DNA of 64,000 nucleotides from a candidate division WOR-3 bacterium (GTDB lineage Bacteria; Hydrothermota; Hydrothermia; LBFQ01): NCBI GenBank assembly GCA_039802605.1, contig JBDRWW010000002.1, positions 1 to 64,000 of the forward strand, read 5' to 3'. Shown piece by piece: positions 62,733 to 64,000 of this stretch (position 1 is its first letter; each line of letters starts with the position of its first letter). The notes under the pieces were generated by a model. It saw only the letters and a program-made list of their open reading frames with translations, ran no database searches and was not told where the DNA came from. The position numbers and the translations under genes were made by a program.

Positions 62733-64000
62733 CTATATGTTTGAAAACACCTTCCATTTTGTCGCCTTTGTATATCGCAACCATATACACACCTTTTGCC
62801 GGCATGAGGATTTCCGTCTCCCCATTAACAACCCTCTCTATAACCTTTCTTCCCAGAGGAGAATAAACCATAACCTTTGCATTCTCACCGTTGAGGATTA
62901 ACCCACTTCTCGTAGTTATAACCTTAACACCCCCTATCGTTCTCTCTTTAATTGCCAATTCGTCGTCATCACCCAAAATACAGGCCCCCAATCCACCTGA
63001 AACCACCAAAGCAAAGGGTTGAGGCCCGTTTGGAACATTAAAACCTTTAACCTTTATGGTGAATGTGCCCCTTAAACCTTTAACCCTTATAATCTCCCAA
63101 GTGTTTGCCCTGTCAGGCGGTATAGTATTATCGTTCGGTGTTAGGTTATCCGCACCCGTTGTGGGGGCATTACCTATGAATGTTTCCCCTCCCGGCCCTA
63201 TCACGGTTAGATCAAGGTCATTAACCAAACAACCACCGCCACTTGCACAGTTCGTTGAGGCCCTGTAATCGCTCCAAGAAAGGACAAACCTTGTGACCAT
63301 ATGAGGGTTACAAACCTCAACCGAATAAACCGCTGAGTCCCCAGTGTTTAACCCTCTACCCTCATCAACGAACCAAAGCCTTGACTTTCTTTCATCCGAA
63401 GAATCCGCCAAAGAGTTCCAATTATCCTCCGGAGAGAAATACATAAAGTTATCCAAAACGAACCTGCCGGCACCTTCATTGCCGTTTGGAACATTTGTAT
63501 TACCTGCCGAATATTCGTTTCCAAAGGATACATCACGGTCGCGGGCTATCGGAACAGCCGAAGCCAGTAAAGACGCCTTAACCAAGGCGGCGGAAGGGTT
63601 GTGTGAGGGGGCGGAGTTCCTCGTCCCGTTTCCGTACCAACCCTCTTTGTAATACTGCCTTATAAGTATTGCACCGCCGGCCGTGGCGGGTGTGGCCATG
63701 GATGTACCCATCCACCACCAGGCGTTTGTGATCCCACACGATGTACCACCCCATGCCGAGTATGTGGTATCTCCTATTGCCATTATATCTATCCCGAACC
63801 TTCCGCTGGGATAACTACCATAGGCGCTCCAACCCATCTTTGCATCAACCGCCCTACCCATAGCACCCACTGTTATATCACTCTTAGCCGTTGCGGGGTC
63901 GGAAGGTGTCCTATAACATCCGGGATTACAAGCGTCATCTCCATGATTACCAGCCGCAAAAACAACCACCATATCCCTGTTGTTCCAAACGAAGTCATCT
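62725..64000 (-). CDS. S8 subtilase (KP-43-like) with T9SS-like CTD, 5' part outside the window
   Basis: FAAGN oxyanion motif, PATAK, GTSMATP catalytic Ser, PSAALVKA, NDLDL, GPQPFALV, VYSPLGR...GVYMV. Confidence 0.92.
   Translation of the reverse strand, partial: DDFVWNNRDMVVVFAAGNHGDDACNPGCYRTPSDPATAKSDITVGAMGRAVDAKMGWSAYGSYPSGRFGIDIMAIGDTTYSAWGGTSCGITNAWWWMGTSMATPATAGGAILIRQYYKEGWYGNGTRNSAPSHNPSAALVKASLLASAVPIARDRDVSFGNEYSAGNTNVPNGNEGAGRFVLDNFMYFSPEDNWNSLADSSDERKSRLWFVDEGRGLNTGDSAVYSVEVCNPHMVTRFVLSWSDYRASTNCASGGGCLVNDLDLTVIGPGGETFIGNAPTTGADNLTPNDNTIPPDRANTWEIIRVKGLRGTFTIKVKGFNVPNGPQPFALVVSGGLGACILGDDDELAIKERTIGGVKVITTRSGLILNGENAKVMVYSPLGRKVIERVVNGETEILMPAKGVYMVAIYKGDKMEGVFKHIVR

Overview
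A 64-kb, gene-dense bacterial chromosomal segment, mostly housekeeping genes (coaBC, accC, fusA, rpmH, tig-clpP-clpX, gyrA, thiC/thi4/thiD, tgt, fmt, dapB). It holds two tRNAs (Leu-TAG and a CAT-anticodon tRNA), a cobalamin riboswitch and a TPP riboswitch. Lys/Glu-rich proteins, a TtuA-like thiolase, outer-membrane proteins and seven proteins with T9SS-like C-terminal sorting domains suggest a thermophilic diderm, possibly WOR-3/Hydrothermae-like (inference only). No CRISPR array, integrase or IS was seen. Main observations: (1) many exported proteins carry only 4-10-residue uncharged hydrophobic N-termini instead of classical signal peptides; (2) a TAnAAT -10 box lies 6-12 nt before most operon-first start codons, suggesting near-leaderless mRNAs; (3) a tRNA-Leu-linked island has a type IIG RM gene facing an uncharacterised TIR-like/TM + PIN gene pair; (4) a B12-riboswitch operon pairs a T9SS-tagged beta-propeller with a compact TonB-dependent receptor; (5) a flavinylation (ApbE/FMN-binding) operon has frameshifts in its first and last genes; (6) a TtuA-rhodanese fusion, a PRMT-like methyltransferase and several degenerate catalytic motifs. 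All calls come from motif recognition by eye; no database searches were run.
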